Source: Chrysomallon squamiferum (lineage: Eukaryota; Animalia; Mollusca). Taken from it: a DNA stretch of 64,000 bases. Below, piece by piece: positions 1-25,743 of this stretch. Under the pieces are notes generated by a model. It was not told where the DNA came from. It did no database searches and saw nothing but the letters and a program-made list of their open reading frames with translations. The position numbers were made by a program, and so were the translations under genes. Each line of letters opens with the position of its first letter. Position 1 is the first letter of the stretch. The stretch is taken from positions 3,844,001-3,908,000 of the forward strand of contig CM022668.1 in the NCBI GenBank assembly GCA_012295275.1, read 5' to 3'.

Positions 1-539
1 TTATCTGAAATTGTTATTAATAATGAGGTCATCTGGAATTCATAATGATCTTCAACTATCTGCTACACAGACTTAACAGTCACAATCTGAAATATACAAT
101 ATTTACAAGCATTAAAAGACAATTACATTTATTTATGTGTTATCATTCTTTAAAGAATATCTGGAAACTGAAAAACACAACAACCGTTGCTTCTTCAAGC
201 AGTTTACAATGTCCAATATGTGTTCCAGAAAACCCCCCAAAACAAACCATAAAGAACATATCCAAAATCCCCCTTCAAAAAAACAACAACCAAAAAACCT
301 AACGAAAACAAAACAACAACAAAATAATAGAAATAAAAATTTCTGCAAAAACAAATAAGAGTAAGAAACAAAATAAATTAAATGCATTTAAAAGAACTCA
401 AATCAAATCAATAAATTAATAAATAAACCAAACTTTAAAATAGCCTAAATGGTTCTTCATTTGAGGTTATTGTATTCAGAAAAAAACTTACCAGTGCTGT
501 AAATTTAAACAGTTCCAAAATATAACTGATCATTTCTGG

Positions 540-1735
540 TCATTCTCATCCTAGCTTACTCAGTTTAACATAACAAAAACATCTTGCCATTTGCCATGTT
601 CAAATTGTCTGTCTTTTCGTAATTTAAGTAAATTTTCCCACTTTCCAGCTTCCAATTCAAATGTGGTCTGCATTGGAAGTTGATATATAAAATACTCCTC
701 AGGTACAGAGCAACCAAGTACTTCTCCCATGGTAAACCTATCTAAAGACTGGGTGGATATAATTTCATCAGTGATTTTATCCTTAACATTATCCTCTACT
801 GCTACATTACTATACACTGTGACTGAGCTAAGTTTTTCTATATGTTTGGACATACTACATCACCTTCCCCAGGGTTGCCATAATAATTAAGCTCTACTGT
901 TTCTTTACTACAGTATTTCTTGCCATCTTTCTGTTTAACATCATCAACTGCATCTGAGGTGCTACAATTACCCTTTTATCTTCATCACAGCAAACATTTA
1001 CTTTCTTTTCATTACTGTATCTATACACCAAATACGTTTTCCACTGGCCTTCCCTCAGAAGTACTTTTTCTCTTCTGATTTGTTGTTTACAATATTTTCA
1101 TTAACTGAGAATAAATTATCTGTCACACATTTATTTTTCCTTGTACAAGAAAACGGATTGGACAAAAATGACTTACCTTTAATGTTGTATATCATTTTAT
1201 CTCCTCATCTCTTGTTGCTTCATGGAAGCATGGAATTATTAAACACCTGAAGTGGTACCAAACTAAACACTTTTCACACTGAATCACTGCACTTTTTACT
1301 CATACCATGGCTTCTTGCAAACACAATTTTCTTCAGTGCTTCTGACCATCCTTTTGACATCAGACATACAGGTATCTTTCAACATGCTGCTAAAAACAAA
1401 GTGTTTGACATTTCCTCTGTTATGTGACCATATAATATGCAACCTTTTTCTATTTTTTTGGTTATTCTGTCAACCAAGACTTTCTGCAACCATTACCATA
1501 AGGACCACTTGGTTTAAGATTCCATTCATTTTCTGTTGTGCATTTACCTCTTAAATACTTACCTATAATATTGTAGTCATGACCAGAATTATTTTCATTT
1601 TTACTTACTTCATGGTAGCTACAAATGCCACAAACATTACCCTGATTTTCCATCCAAATTACATGAAGTTTCTTTCTATTATTCAGATTATTTGCATCTT
1701 CAAACTTATTGGATAATTTGAGGAAAAAATTTAAT
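540..1735 (-). pseudogene. Decayed ORF with two Myb/SANT(MADF)-like repeats and a PHD-finger remnant; probably a DNA-transposon-derived fossil
   Basis: Manual minus-strand translation across frameshifts and stops. Two related motifs: ...NNRKKLHVIWMENQGNV (~1690-1635) and ...VMVAESLG*QNNQKNRKRLHIIWSHNRGNV (~1500-1405). Then CVCKKPWYE/[frameshift]/SAVIQCEKCLVWYHFRCL...HFCPIR (~1325-1155), which has C4HC3 PHD spacing with the last Cys as CGT. Then ORF 560-853 (TFELEAGKWENLLKLRKDRQFEHGKWQDVF). Multiple stops and frameshifts throughout. Confidence 0.5.
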
Positions 1736-2472
1736 CTGTATTTATTTTATGTGGATCAAAATAATACTTTCCTTATTTCTTCCATAAAATATAATCTTAG
1801 CTTGTAAATAAACAGTATTTACTCCCAGGTCAAGTTCCATCAGACTGAAAAACAAATTTATATTTTCATGTGAAATGTTTATTACTAGGAATGGAGAAAC
1901 TTTAAGAAAAACAGAAACAGTTGTTATACTGCTACACCCAGTAAAATGCACTAAAAAAAGATATAAATAAATGAATGGCACTGAAGAACATAAATGTTTT
2001 TTCATATTTATCTGTGTCAATTTAAACTTTTGTCTACAGTGAGAGGATGAGACATAAATGGATGGATAATAAATAGAAATTATTTTCTTTTAAAATAATA
2101 GAAACATAACAGATCTTTTAACAATACTCCATGGTAGTGACTTAAGTTTTTTTATATGAAAAAAAAGAGTTAGAACTTGTAAACTTTGATTAGTATGAAC
2201 TAAATCAATGGTTAAATAAATAATCATTTCAAGCATTAATTTGTAAATTAAAAAAGTCAACAACAACAAAACAAAAAAAACAATGCAACTTAAACCTGTA
2301 CTTTTCATAAAGTGTCCATGAATCATGTATAATCAACATTAGATGAAAACAATCTTTAGAATAATAAAGAAGTACAGTCATATCGAGACTAATATATTTC
2401 TGAAGTGTAAACTTTAATATTTATACTTTATTATTAATTTTGATTTGCAAGAAAAAATAAAACTGAAAAAAA

Positions 2473-2520
<48 letters not shown>

Positions 2521-3094
2521 GAAAAAATAATAATTTAAAAAACCAAAAATAAAACATAACTTGTAAGAATATAAAATGTGCATGATAGTTGTGTTCATAT
2601 CAGCAAAGGACACTTTAACTATGAATGAATTCTTTATCTGAACACTATCAGTTTTGTCTTATGAACTAAATGAGTTTGCATGATTTTGTAAATCACATGA
2701 AGTTACATATTTATTTATTTCTCTGGTCATAACTACATATAAAATGCAACACTATAGCAAAAGAACAGTCCCATCATAAAACTGAACTAACTGAAACATT
2801 TGTAACTGTTTTTGTTATTAACTGGTTAACTTTACTAAACATAAACAAACAAAAAGGAAGGTAAACAATTGAAAATTTATAACAGTAAATGAATCAATGT
2901 AACTAGTCTTTTTTAATGATTTTATTAACCATTTTGAAGCATCACATCTTTCATTACTGGCTTCTTTCAATAGACAAATGTTTATATCAATAAAAGAACT
3001 GACAGCAGAAATGTGTGTCAAACATATACTTTTTAAATTATATATGGCTTATAAATGTAAAACAAAAGCTGGATGTAGGTTTTAACTGAATGTA

Positions 3095-3128
<34 letters not shown>

Positions 3129-3154
3129 TGGGAAAAAGCATCAATATATCCTAC

Positions 3155-3493
3155 CTGAGATTTTCTCTTCTTCACTTTTTGTCATAATGAGAAATTATTA
3201 TCATAATCATCAGAGGTATCATCTTCTGGTGTAACTGTCTCATAAACATTGTCCTCAAAAAGTTGCTCCTCCTCACAAGTCTGATCTTCATCTGACAAAA
3301 AATATCCTTCATCACAGCAAAGTACATGAACACTGTTCTTACATAAAAGTAAAAATAAAATAAAAAATACATAACTACCTGAAGTGTGTCATCCCATCCA
3401 AATGTGGATAAGGAATTTCCACCCTTGCAAAAACTTGCCATATCATCTACAACAGGTTCCATGTGCAGCTGAGGCCAATCACGTTCAACATAC
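3155..3493 (-). pseudogene. Exon-like remnants, possibly upstream exons of the decayed minus-strand gene
   Basis: Acceptor tcttttcag| at 3493 and donor |gtagtt at 3378 flank YVERDWPQLHMEPVVDDMASFCKGGNSLSTFGWDDTLQ. The adjacent acidic frame DEDQTCEEEQLFEDNVYETVTPEDDTSDDYDNNFSL* ends near the donor |gtagga at 3154. The phases do not join cleanly. Confidence 0.3.
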
Positions 3494-3524
3494 CTGAAAA
3501 GAGATAGATTAAAATATTGCAAAA

Positions 3525-3866
3525 GTCTATGCAGTTCCTAACACCACTCATTAATATGGTTTACATCACATACAGAGATTTATGTTACAGCATTTAGTTC
3601 TGTCTGCAAAAGGTAGATCAATGTTGCCAATGATGACTTACAGGAACACCCCCAATGAAACCCCTTCTGCTCTTAAACCGAATTTCGTGACACAAATGTC
3701 TATGCAGTTCCTAAGACTACATACTAATATGGTTTACACCACATATAGAGATTTACGTCACAGCATTTAGTTCTGTCTGCAAAAGGAAGATCAATATTGC
3801 CTTACAGGTACACACTCTGGAAAAGAACCTACTGCCCTTAAACCAAATTTCTTGATGCACATGTCC
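3525..3866. repeat. Two-copy diverged tandem duplication, unit ~173 bp
   Basis: GTCTATGCAGTTCCTAA...TAATATGGTTTACA...CAGCATTTAGTTCTGTCTGCAAAAGG starts at both 3525 and 3698. Confidence 0.85.
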
Positions 3867-4289
3867 AGACGTTTTCTAGAGCTGCTCTTTTTATGGATTA
3901 TACAATATACAGTTATTTATGTTTTCTTTAGGTCACACTAAAGTGTTTATACAGTCCATTTATAGAAGCATACCTAATAGTTAAGATCTGTGTTGTTAAA
4001 TATATTTGCAGTAGCCAGACATAAGGCTATGATACACTATTTGAAATAGGAATAACTTTAAACTTATGAATGGCTTTGATTTTTTAACTATATTCTTATT
4101 GTTTACAGAGTTTTGCTGACCTCTCCTTTTAATAACCAGTCTCGAAAAGGAACGACTGGAACCTGAAAATAAGTCAGATTTGCTCATTATCAAAGAAGTA
4201 AATATATTTGATACTGTGGATGTAAAACGATTAGAAATGTTGATTAAGAATATAGTAAACAGAAAGTTACAGATATTATAAATTTGATT

Positions 4290-4960
4290 TTCCTCAAACG
4301 CAGCTACTGAGCTAGCGAACAATATGTCCGATGCGGAATGATACATAACAAACAACATATTTCTAAAATAAATTGCATTATATAGTTGAAATTTTAATTG
4401 TGCTACAGTTTTCAAACACGTATGCTTTTTTATAATAAAAGAGAATATGTTTTAGACCTTAGAAATTTAAATTTTTATTGAACCTGCGAACCATTTGTTT
4501 CAAAGAACTAACACGCGATAAATTATTCACTGGAGTTATCGTTCGCGGATTTCACAGCGGCTTGAATTGTTTGCTTCCTTTTATTTCAGTCTGAACCGCA
4601 GTCTAGTTTATGTACCTATATCTTTGTATGTGGAGTACCATACTACGATTTTGTAGTAACAAAATCCAGAAATTCATAAATTGATTATTCATTGTGTATC
4701 TTAACAAATAAAGGAAAAATTATATAATATAAATTTATATAGCAGGAGAAAAATGTGAAAACAGCATTTAAAAAATCTGCGGAAATGCGGTTTTCCGAGT
4801 ATTTTAAAGAAATTACCACAGCTGTAGTAAGTATATACTCTAAGTTATAACTATAATAGTATAAGTTATAGTTATATTATAGACAGTATTTCTCAGGTTT
4901 CGTATTATATAATAACAATTAATAACTAAGACCGCTTCATTTACTTAAATTTACGATTTT
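4290..4960. promoter_or_regulatory. CpG-retaining putative promoter / first-exon region of FKRP
   Basis: Local cluster of CG dinucleotides (e.g. gttcgcggatttcacagcgg, ctgcggaaatgcgg) in otherwise CpG-depleted DNA. A gtaagt donor-like site lies near 4827, upstream of the FKRP coding-exon acceptor (ttttacag, 5562). Confidence 0.45.
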
Positions 4961-5576
4961 GTTTAATATAAACTAGCTTATGTCACATTTCAATTAATGA
5001 ATTATCTATACCCTGTACAGTGATGTTAACTGTTAGTGTTACAGAAAGAAAGCATTTCATAGTCGTATGAATATTATTCCAAACATAAAAACAAAATCAT
5101 TAAAAATGTTAATTACAAGACAGAGAATGCTAGTCTCAGATTTTGATTTTTCTTTAGCCCTTGCAATAGAAATGTTGTATTTCTCAAATTATCACCTATG
5201 GTGTAAATCATGTTAACACATATATCACTTCATATTCCTATTACAGCTTTAATATGATAGGACATATTGAATTTATTATCTTCTAGTCATATTTTATATT
5301 TCATAAACATGTGAAACAGTTTACAAAAAATATTTGTTTACTATTACTAATATTAGATACAGCTTATATTAATATTTTATCCCGTAATACACCCATACAT
5401 AAACCATTTCTAACTATTTTAGAAATGTACATTAATTTGTCCAGTAATCTTGTTTTGTCTGTTCAATGGTAGTGTAGCTATAGAAACGTGCACTGATTTG
5501 ATATTCATTTTTGATGCTACAAGTACAAACTTGTTATTATTTTTTGTTTGTTTGTTTTACAGTTATTCTTCCAGAA

Positions 5577-7154
5577 ATGTCATCAGTGAAAATGTTTAGA
5601 GCTGCTATTTGTGGGCCACGTGAACACAGCAGCTTGAGATTCTGCAGACGTCATCTTTGTTTGATTGTTGCAGTTTTAGTGAATTTGTTAATTTTTTTCT
5701 ATCTGGCTGTTCTACAACACAGGAGGTTCCCTATGCTCAGGGCACCTGAAAGGGAGTTTTTAATCAGGTTACATAAAGAAAATACCATCATTGAAGATAA
5801 TGGTGGATTTATAACAGTGGTTATACGAGATTTTGAAGAATTTGATAATGACATTGTTAGGACAGTAAAGTCTATCCAGGATTTGGACTCAAAAATAAAC
5901 ATTCTTGTTGTATGTGACAAGATGCCTTATCCTCCATTTTCATTTGGTAAAAATATAAATAAGAGTCAAATGAAAATTATTAGTTTGACAATGAATCCAT
6001 CAAAAAATCTCACCTATTCCAGACCAGAAACATTTATTGACACCCCATATGTTTTTGTTGTTCCAGATTCAGCCAGATTAACTGATCTGAAAAGTGTCCA
6101 TCTTGCAATAACATTTCTACAGCAACATGACATGTTTAAATATTTAGCTGTACCACTGTCAGGTGTTCAGACTGAGTGTATGTCAGCCAGAATTGACTTA
6201 AAACTGTGGACAATGGAGTATTTAGGAGAAGCTGAGAGTAAAACTGGTTGTGACATTGTGTTGGGTGAACATGCTGTGTTGGTGACAAAACAAAATTTTT
6301 TACAATTAGCTGATCCATTTCTCAAACCTTTTTTAATGTCATTTTACATCCAGTCAGTTTTAAGAAAGTGGAAAACATTTATTTTTGATGGCATTAAGCT
6401 AACACTTGGTAAAAATTTATATACTGATCCACATCACCGCTGGAAACATAAACATGACACAAAAATGAGGCTCATGAACATGTATAAAAAGATGGGTATA
6501 AAATTAGTACAGTATGCAGATGGAAGGAAAGAGTGGCATGGATGTACAAAAGAAACACCAAGGTGTTTTGGGACAGTGGAAAATGACATGCCAGAATATT
6601 TATACCAGGGAAAATGGACTCCACCCTGCTGTCTTCGATGTTTGCGTGACACAGCTAAATATGTTTTTAAGATTCTGGAAAAATGTGAGGTCAGATATTG
6701 GTTGGAAGGGGGGAGTTTATTAGGAGCAGTTAGAAATGGAGACATTATACCATGGGATTATGATGTTGATATTGGCATTTATCAGGAAGATATTGAAAAA
6801 TGTCCAAATCTGAAACAGGTGAAAACAGAATCATTTGTTGATGAGAAAGATTTTGTCTGGGAGAAAGCCACAGAAGGAGAATTTTTTAGGGTACAGTATA
6901 GCGAATCAAATCACTTACATATTGACTTATTTCCATTTTTTTCTCGAAATGGAACAATGACAAAAAATACTTGGATAAAATCACACAAACAGGACACAGA
7001 ATTTCCTGAGAGATTTTTAAAACCTTTGACTAAAATTTACTTTGCAGGAATGAATGTTTCTGCCCCCAATAATGTGAAAGAATTTTTGGAACTAAAATTT
7101 GGTGCTGGAGTTATAGAAAATCCTAAATATCCAAATGCACAAGATCCAGTTTAA
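5577..7154 (+). CDS. FKRP: Fukutin-related protein (ribitol-5-phosphate transferase, LicD family), single coding exon, 525 aa
   Basis: ATG at 5577 just after a polypyrimidine/AG acceptor; the ORF track's TTG start at 5511 is intronic. Type II TM anchor HLCLIVAVLVNLLIFFYLAVL. FKRP zinc-finger motif WHGCTKETPRCFGTV...KWTPPCC. LicD nucleotidyltransferase motif YWLEGGSLLGAVRNGDIIPWDYDVDIGIY. C-terminal FLELKFGAGVIENPKYP. AATAAA at 7522. Confidence 0.96.
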   Translation: MSSVKMFRAAICGPREHSSLRFCRRHLCLIVAVLVNLLIFFYLAVLQHRRFPMLRAPEREFLIRLHKENTIIEDNGGFITVVIRDFEEFDNDIVRTVKSIQDLDSKINILVVCDKMPYPPFSFGKNINKSQMKIISLTMNPSKNLTYSRPETFIDTPYVFVVPDSARLTDLKSVHLAITFLQQHDMFKYLAVPLSGVQTECMSARIDLKLWTMEYLGEAESKTGCDIVLGEHAVLVTKQNFLQLADPFLKPFLMSFYIQSVLRKWKTFIFDGIKLTLGKNLYTDPHHRWKHKHDTKMRLMNMYKKMGIKLVQYADGRKEWHGCTKETPRCFGTVENDMPEYLYQGKWTPPCCLRCLRDTAKYVFKILEKCEVRYWLEGGSLLGAVRNGDIIPWDYDVDIGIYQEDIEKCPNLKQVKTESFVDEKDFVWEKATEGEFFRVQYSESNHLHIDLFPFFSRNGTMTKNTWIKSHKQDTEFPERFLKPLTKIYFAGMNVSAPNNVKEFLELKFGAGVIENPKYPNAQDPV

Positions 7155-9681
7155 TTAGGAATTAATGTTTAAAAACTGTTATTTACTTTAGGAAAAACAA
7201 AAAACAAAACAGAAAAGTTATTTCAGCCATATAAATTAAACAAGTTGTTAGAATGTTAAAATTTTGTTTAATAAAGATAAAGAGACTTCTTGTAATGGAC
7301 ATATGTTGCTGAAATATGATTTTAGATAAACTGGGAATTTCTTGGGAACACATTTATGACAGTAAGAACATAATATAAGCAAAACTGACAAATGGCAGGT
7401 TGTTCCAGTAAATTGTGATAGTGAATAGTATATTTTCTATTTACTAATACTGTGTTGTTTTTATCTATTTTATTTTTATTTATTTTCTAAAAAATACTTA
7501 ATATTTATCAGTAACTTATTGAATAAAGGAAATCTTTACTAAATAATGTTCTTTGTTTTGTATAACAGTTCAGTTCACACAGAAGTTATTAACATGAAAC
7601 TGTCTAGTTAATTTGCAGATGTTAACAAACATCTGATGTTAATTAGTAGCATTGATTATGCTCATGTCTTTAGCCTATAACAGTAATAACAATAATTAAA
7701 AATATGAAATTAAAAAATATATGTAACAAAAAAATAATAATATTTCAGATTTTATAGAAAAGATTGTCATAAAATATATATTTAGGTAAATGCAAATATT
7801 TTTGCTAAAGAGTTATTTGATGTTTTTCTTACAAATAGATCCAGCATAGATGTGGTACTAATCAGATTAAGTCAGCTGAGGGATAGTTCTTTATGTGTGT
7901 GTATTTATAATACAGATGCAATATTAAGAAATATTTAGAAATCATTCAAATGTTGAGCAAATGAATGTTCTTGGGAACAAGAATTATAGCGACAGTTGTA
8001 TATAATCATTTACATGTAAAATCACAAAGTTTGAAATTGAAAACAATAATAATAAAATAAATAAACCCAAACAAATCAAAATGTATTTACCATGCTGCTG
8101 TTTTTGAAAAAACAAACAGTCAAATAAGAAACCTAGGCATTTTCAATAAAATGAATTTAGTAATCATAAAGTCCCCATATGTACTACATATTTCCAATGG
8201 ACATTGTTCAGTTATTTGTTAAAATTTTACTGCCATTTCATTTTTTTAATTATATATATATATTTCTTTAATTTTATTTATTTATTTAGTTTACCTAATA
8301 AGTGAAATGGTTTTACTTTAAATAATTTTTAATCAAAGAAAATGAAATTGTTGAAATTTTAATGTTAAAATTCAGTTCAGAAACAAGGATGCTTTTTCAA
8401 ATATAAAAACATTTGCATTCTTCTTTCATTCATTATTTTTTGTTTCTTTAATTTTTAAATTTAAGAATATATATATTATTTATTCATTTAGCAATTATTG
8501 TTCTTTACTATTTTTATTATTATTACTATGTTATTATATTTTAACTTGAGACTTTTTGTTTGTTTCTGATTTTTAAAATACATTTCCATTTAGTTAGTTG
8601 ACTTACCATTACACGTTATTTATATAACATTTAAAACAGGAATCAAAATACACCCAAGTAATAAATAAGGAAATAAAATAAAATATCAGAGAATGACTGA
8701 ATAAATGAGAAACTATATAACACTGTGTAGTTCTTTGTAAAAGTTTAATATGACCAAATTGCTGAGCTTATTATAATTTAAAAAACCCAGTTTCTGAGAG
8801 GCCAAATATATCTAGTATTTGTTTGTTTTAATTTTGGAGCACTCACAATTTTAACTTTCATATTATGTAAAAGTATTCTGAAAAAAATACCTCTTCAAGG
8901 TTCAATGGAATATTTCATGTTTGAATAGGAAAACAAAAACCAGCTGTTTGTTTTATTAAATGATTTTATTAGCATCATTTTGTACATATATAAAAACGTA
9001 TCACAGTTAAATTGAAATATCACAAAAAACAAGAATTAATTCAATCCATGTATTTCAATAAGGAATTTTAAAATGTAAGTTATAGTTATTAAAAAATAAC
9101 TATGAATATATTTCAGTCTCATATTCGGCTATATTCAATTTTAATTACTACTTATGAAGGATAGATAATAACAATAAAATATATGTGCATTTTTAATTAC
9201 AAAATGGTTAACAACAAATACACAATCAAATACATTCCTTGCATTCTTTCTAAGTTCATTTTATTTCTTGTCTGAAATAATGAAATATTTTCTATATTTA
9301 TAAAATATCACACATTTATTTAATAATTTATCTTTTCATCTATTTGGCGAAACTTCTTTTAGAATAAATTATTTAAAATGGATAAAACAAAAGGATATTT
9401 TTAAATCTTATTAAACTATGTTTAAAATGTGGCTTAATATTCAGTTTCAAATGTGGATTACTACAAATTCATATCAAAAACTTGTTTATTGTTTCCTCTC
9501 TGTTTAAACAGATACCAGATCTGAATTTGTTTAACTGTTGATTATTTTTGAAAGAAAAATATGCAATAAAATTTATTAATGTTTTATGAAACCAAAATCA
9601 AGGTTTGTAAAGATGTACATTTTATTAAACTGCTTTTCATAAGGTATTTCTACTGACATTTGTTAAGTATATGTAAATACT

Positions 9682-23290
<13,609 letters not shown>

Positions 23291-23530
23291 CTTCCTCTTC
23301 TTTACGCCTTTTCGGTACTAGGAATATGAATTCTGATTTTTGTTGTAGAAATTTTGTTCCGAAGCTTATGGCGGTGGATGTAGTCTATGGCAACGAACAT
23401 GCTCAGTCTAACTTCCTCCCATAAGTCTACATTAAAATGTCGCAGTCCTGAAAACGGAAGTGTTTAGCTGCTGGGCAAAATTGCCAACAGCTGGTCAGTT
23501 TTTAGTCTTATAATTTCTGTTTTATACCAG
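23291..23530. promoter_or_regulatory. Bidirectional promoter between DNAI1 and the FAM219 gene, with X-box-like, YY1-like and ETS-like motifs
   Basis: 240 bp between divergent ATGs, CpG-retaining. GTAGTCTATGGCAAC (23380-23394) is one mismatch from the RFX X-box GTNRCC-N0-3-RGYAAC. ATGGCGG (~23368) is YY1-like and ACGGAAGTG (~23454) is ETS/GABP-like. Confidence 0.7.
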
Positions 23531-25743
23531 ATGGATAGCATGGAAGACAGTGGTATTGACAGTGATCAAAAATCACAAAATGGTCAATCAGAGGTATATT
23601 TTTACGTACAGTATAGTAGTATGTCAAATAAATAGAAAAGCAGAACAAGGTCTCAGACCATATTATTATTAAGAAAAAGTTTAATTATAAACAGTAACTG
23701 CGGTTTAGATCTACGCCTTTTCAACTGATATAAATTTATTTGCCAGACGGTCATGAAATCATTTCAATCAAAAGTTGATTTAGTTGGTATATTAGAAATA
23801 AAAATTTCAAAATGTTGCCAGTATTCTACTCTTATTGACTAAACGTTTAAAATTAAGGGCGATCAAAGCAGCCGAACGCAATCAAGTGATTATACACCAT
23901 GAAACAGCACTGCAAATTTATAGACATGGATGATTTCTTTTAAAATGCGTCCAATAAGACAGTATTAAATGTCTCAGTTTAATGACTTAAGCTTCTTGTC
24001 AACCAGGTTATTTTGATTCACATTTTCTGTTAATATTGACGAGCAAATGCTCTTGATGTATTTTCTTCCTCTTCCTCGTCAGCTGAAGTACCATTATAAT
24101 AGAAAGCCTATAAGATGTGTCTGACAGTTTGAAACCAGCATTTGTTAAATACAAACTGTTAATCAGCAATAATAACTTTGCAATGCCATGGTCAAGCTGG
24201 ACAGACTAAGATGAACTAGAGTTTTTCACTGTTGCAATTCAGAAAACTATTTGTTGTAAAATGAAGGCAACAACCTTTTTATTTTTACAATAAGAACAAA
24301 ATATTCAACATGTATCTATAGAAAATGTATAGATTAAAACTACGCTAAATTATGGACTTAATTTTTGAAATAAACAACAATTATGGTAAATTTTAAACTG
24401 AAAATAAATAACAATAATCATTTTAAATAAAAAATTTATAATAAAAATACATATTTAATTGAATCTTTACAGCTTGTAGATAAGTGTCTGATGTTGCTGT
24501 ATAAAAATGACAACTCGGGAGTAAAGCATTTGATTGAGATTGATTTTATTTTGTTTATAGAAAGATTCCAATACTGTGAAAAATTCATCAAGTAAATCTT
24601 TAAAGAGAGCCGCTGAGCTTCAAAAGAAAATAGGTATATTAATTTAATATTTGTATTTCTCACAGTTTTTTGTTCTATATATATATATATATGTGTATTA
24701 TATTTTCTTATACTACTACTGCTATGATTATTATTATTATTATTATTACTATTATTAATATAGTTCAATAATAAAAACAAAAATAATAATAATATCAATA
24801 CAAAAAATATCCAGCATGATTAATGTTATTAATTAACAATTCTTGAAATTATATTAATAAAAGTACTTAAACTAGTTTCATTGGTTTTGGTCTGTCATAA
24901 ACTTAAGATTTGGAAATTTTATATTATTTACAAGTTCTGAAGAACAATATTTATTTTTCAAAGAAAAACAGCGAGTTCTTGCTAAAAAGGCTCAAGCACA
25001 TGCAGCTACAGTGGATCAGCAACCGAAACCATCTCGCTTTAACCCAATTAACAGGTAAAAAAACCAATAAAAATAATAATTTTATTATAATCTAATTAAC
25101 AGGTAACTTGTTTTAACCCAGTTAAAACATGAAAACCCCCAAAACAACAACAACAAAAAACAAAACCTATCTCATTCTAACCCAGTTAACAGGGTGGGGA
25201 AGGAATCTGTCTTGTTTTAACAAAACATAGGAAAATTATCCAAATGATTAATTTGTCATTACGTTTGACATAATTTCTTTTTTGTTACCTGTTATTTGTT
25301 TGTTTTATAGAAAACCTGTGCCAGAGATAGAACCACTGAACCCTGGAAAACAGCCTCTAATTACCATAGTGTCTGATACCAGGTCAGTTTTGTTTTATAT
25401 TCTCTAATGGAGAAAAACTGAATTATTATTCTTCTTCACTTTTCTCTTATTTTTTTTACTAAAAAAGAACATTTACTGTTAATAACTACTTTTGTTTTCT
25501 TCCTTTTCTAAAATGTTTTCATCTTCTTATTTTGATTAATTTTGTTTTTCCAGTGATGAAGACGAATTTGATTTGCCACTATCTAGTCGTCAAGCACACA
25601 AAGACATCACAGAACAGCTGATTAAAGATGGTTACAACCTTGACCTTGAACCCGATGATGAAGACCTTGACCTTATACCCCCAAGACCTTTAAATGAAAG
25701 GTGTACTTGTTGCCAGCTACAGACACAATGTGCTATTCAGTGA
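23531..25743 (+). CDS. FAM219A: FAM219 family protein (FAM219A/B-like), 5 coding exons, 162 aa
   Basis: Exons 23531-23593, 24561-24633, 24964-25054, 25311-25382, 25554-25743; GT-AG, phases 0/1/2/2, 489 nt. Protein: MDSMEDSGIDSD...ELQKKIEKQRVLAKK...KQPLITIVSDTSDEDEF...ITEQLIKDGYNLDLEPDDEDLDLIPPRPLNERCTCCQLQTQCAIQ*. The QL(I/L)KDGYxLDxxPDDEDLDLIPP...CxCC...CxIQ tail is the FAM219 signature. The ORF track misses it because exons are short or lack a start codon. A vs B cannot be resolved in an invertebrate; the symbol is chosen from DNAI1 synteny. Confidence 0.9.

Noticed and set aside
5511-5576. N-terminal extension of FKRP in the ORF track
   Set aside because: It begins at TTG and runs through a polypyrimidine tract and AG acceptor, so it is intronic or UTR. 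ATG 5577 is preferred.
23494-23530. GT...AG segment just before the FAM219 ATG as an intron
   Set aside because: At 37 nt it is too short for a typical intron here. It is more likely 5'UTR, or the acceptor pairs with another donor.
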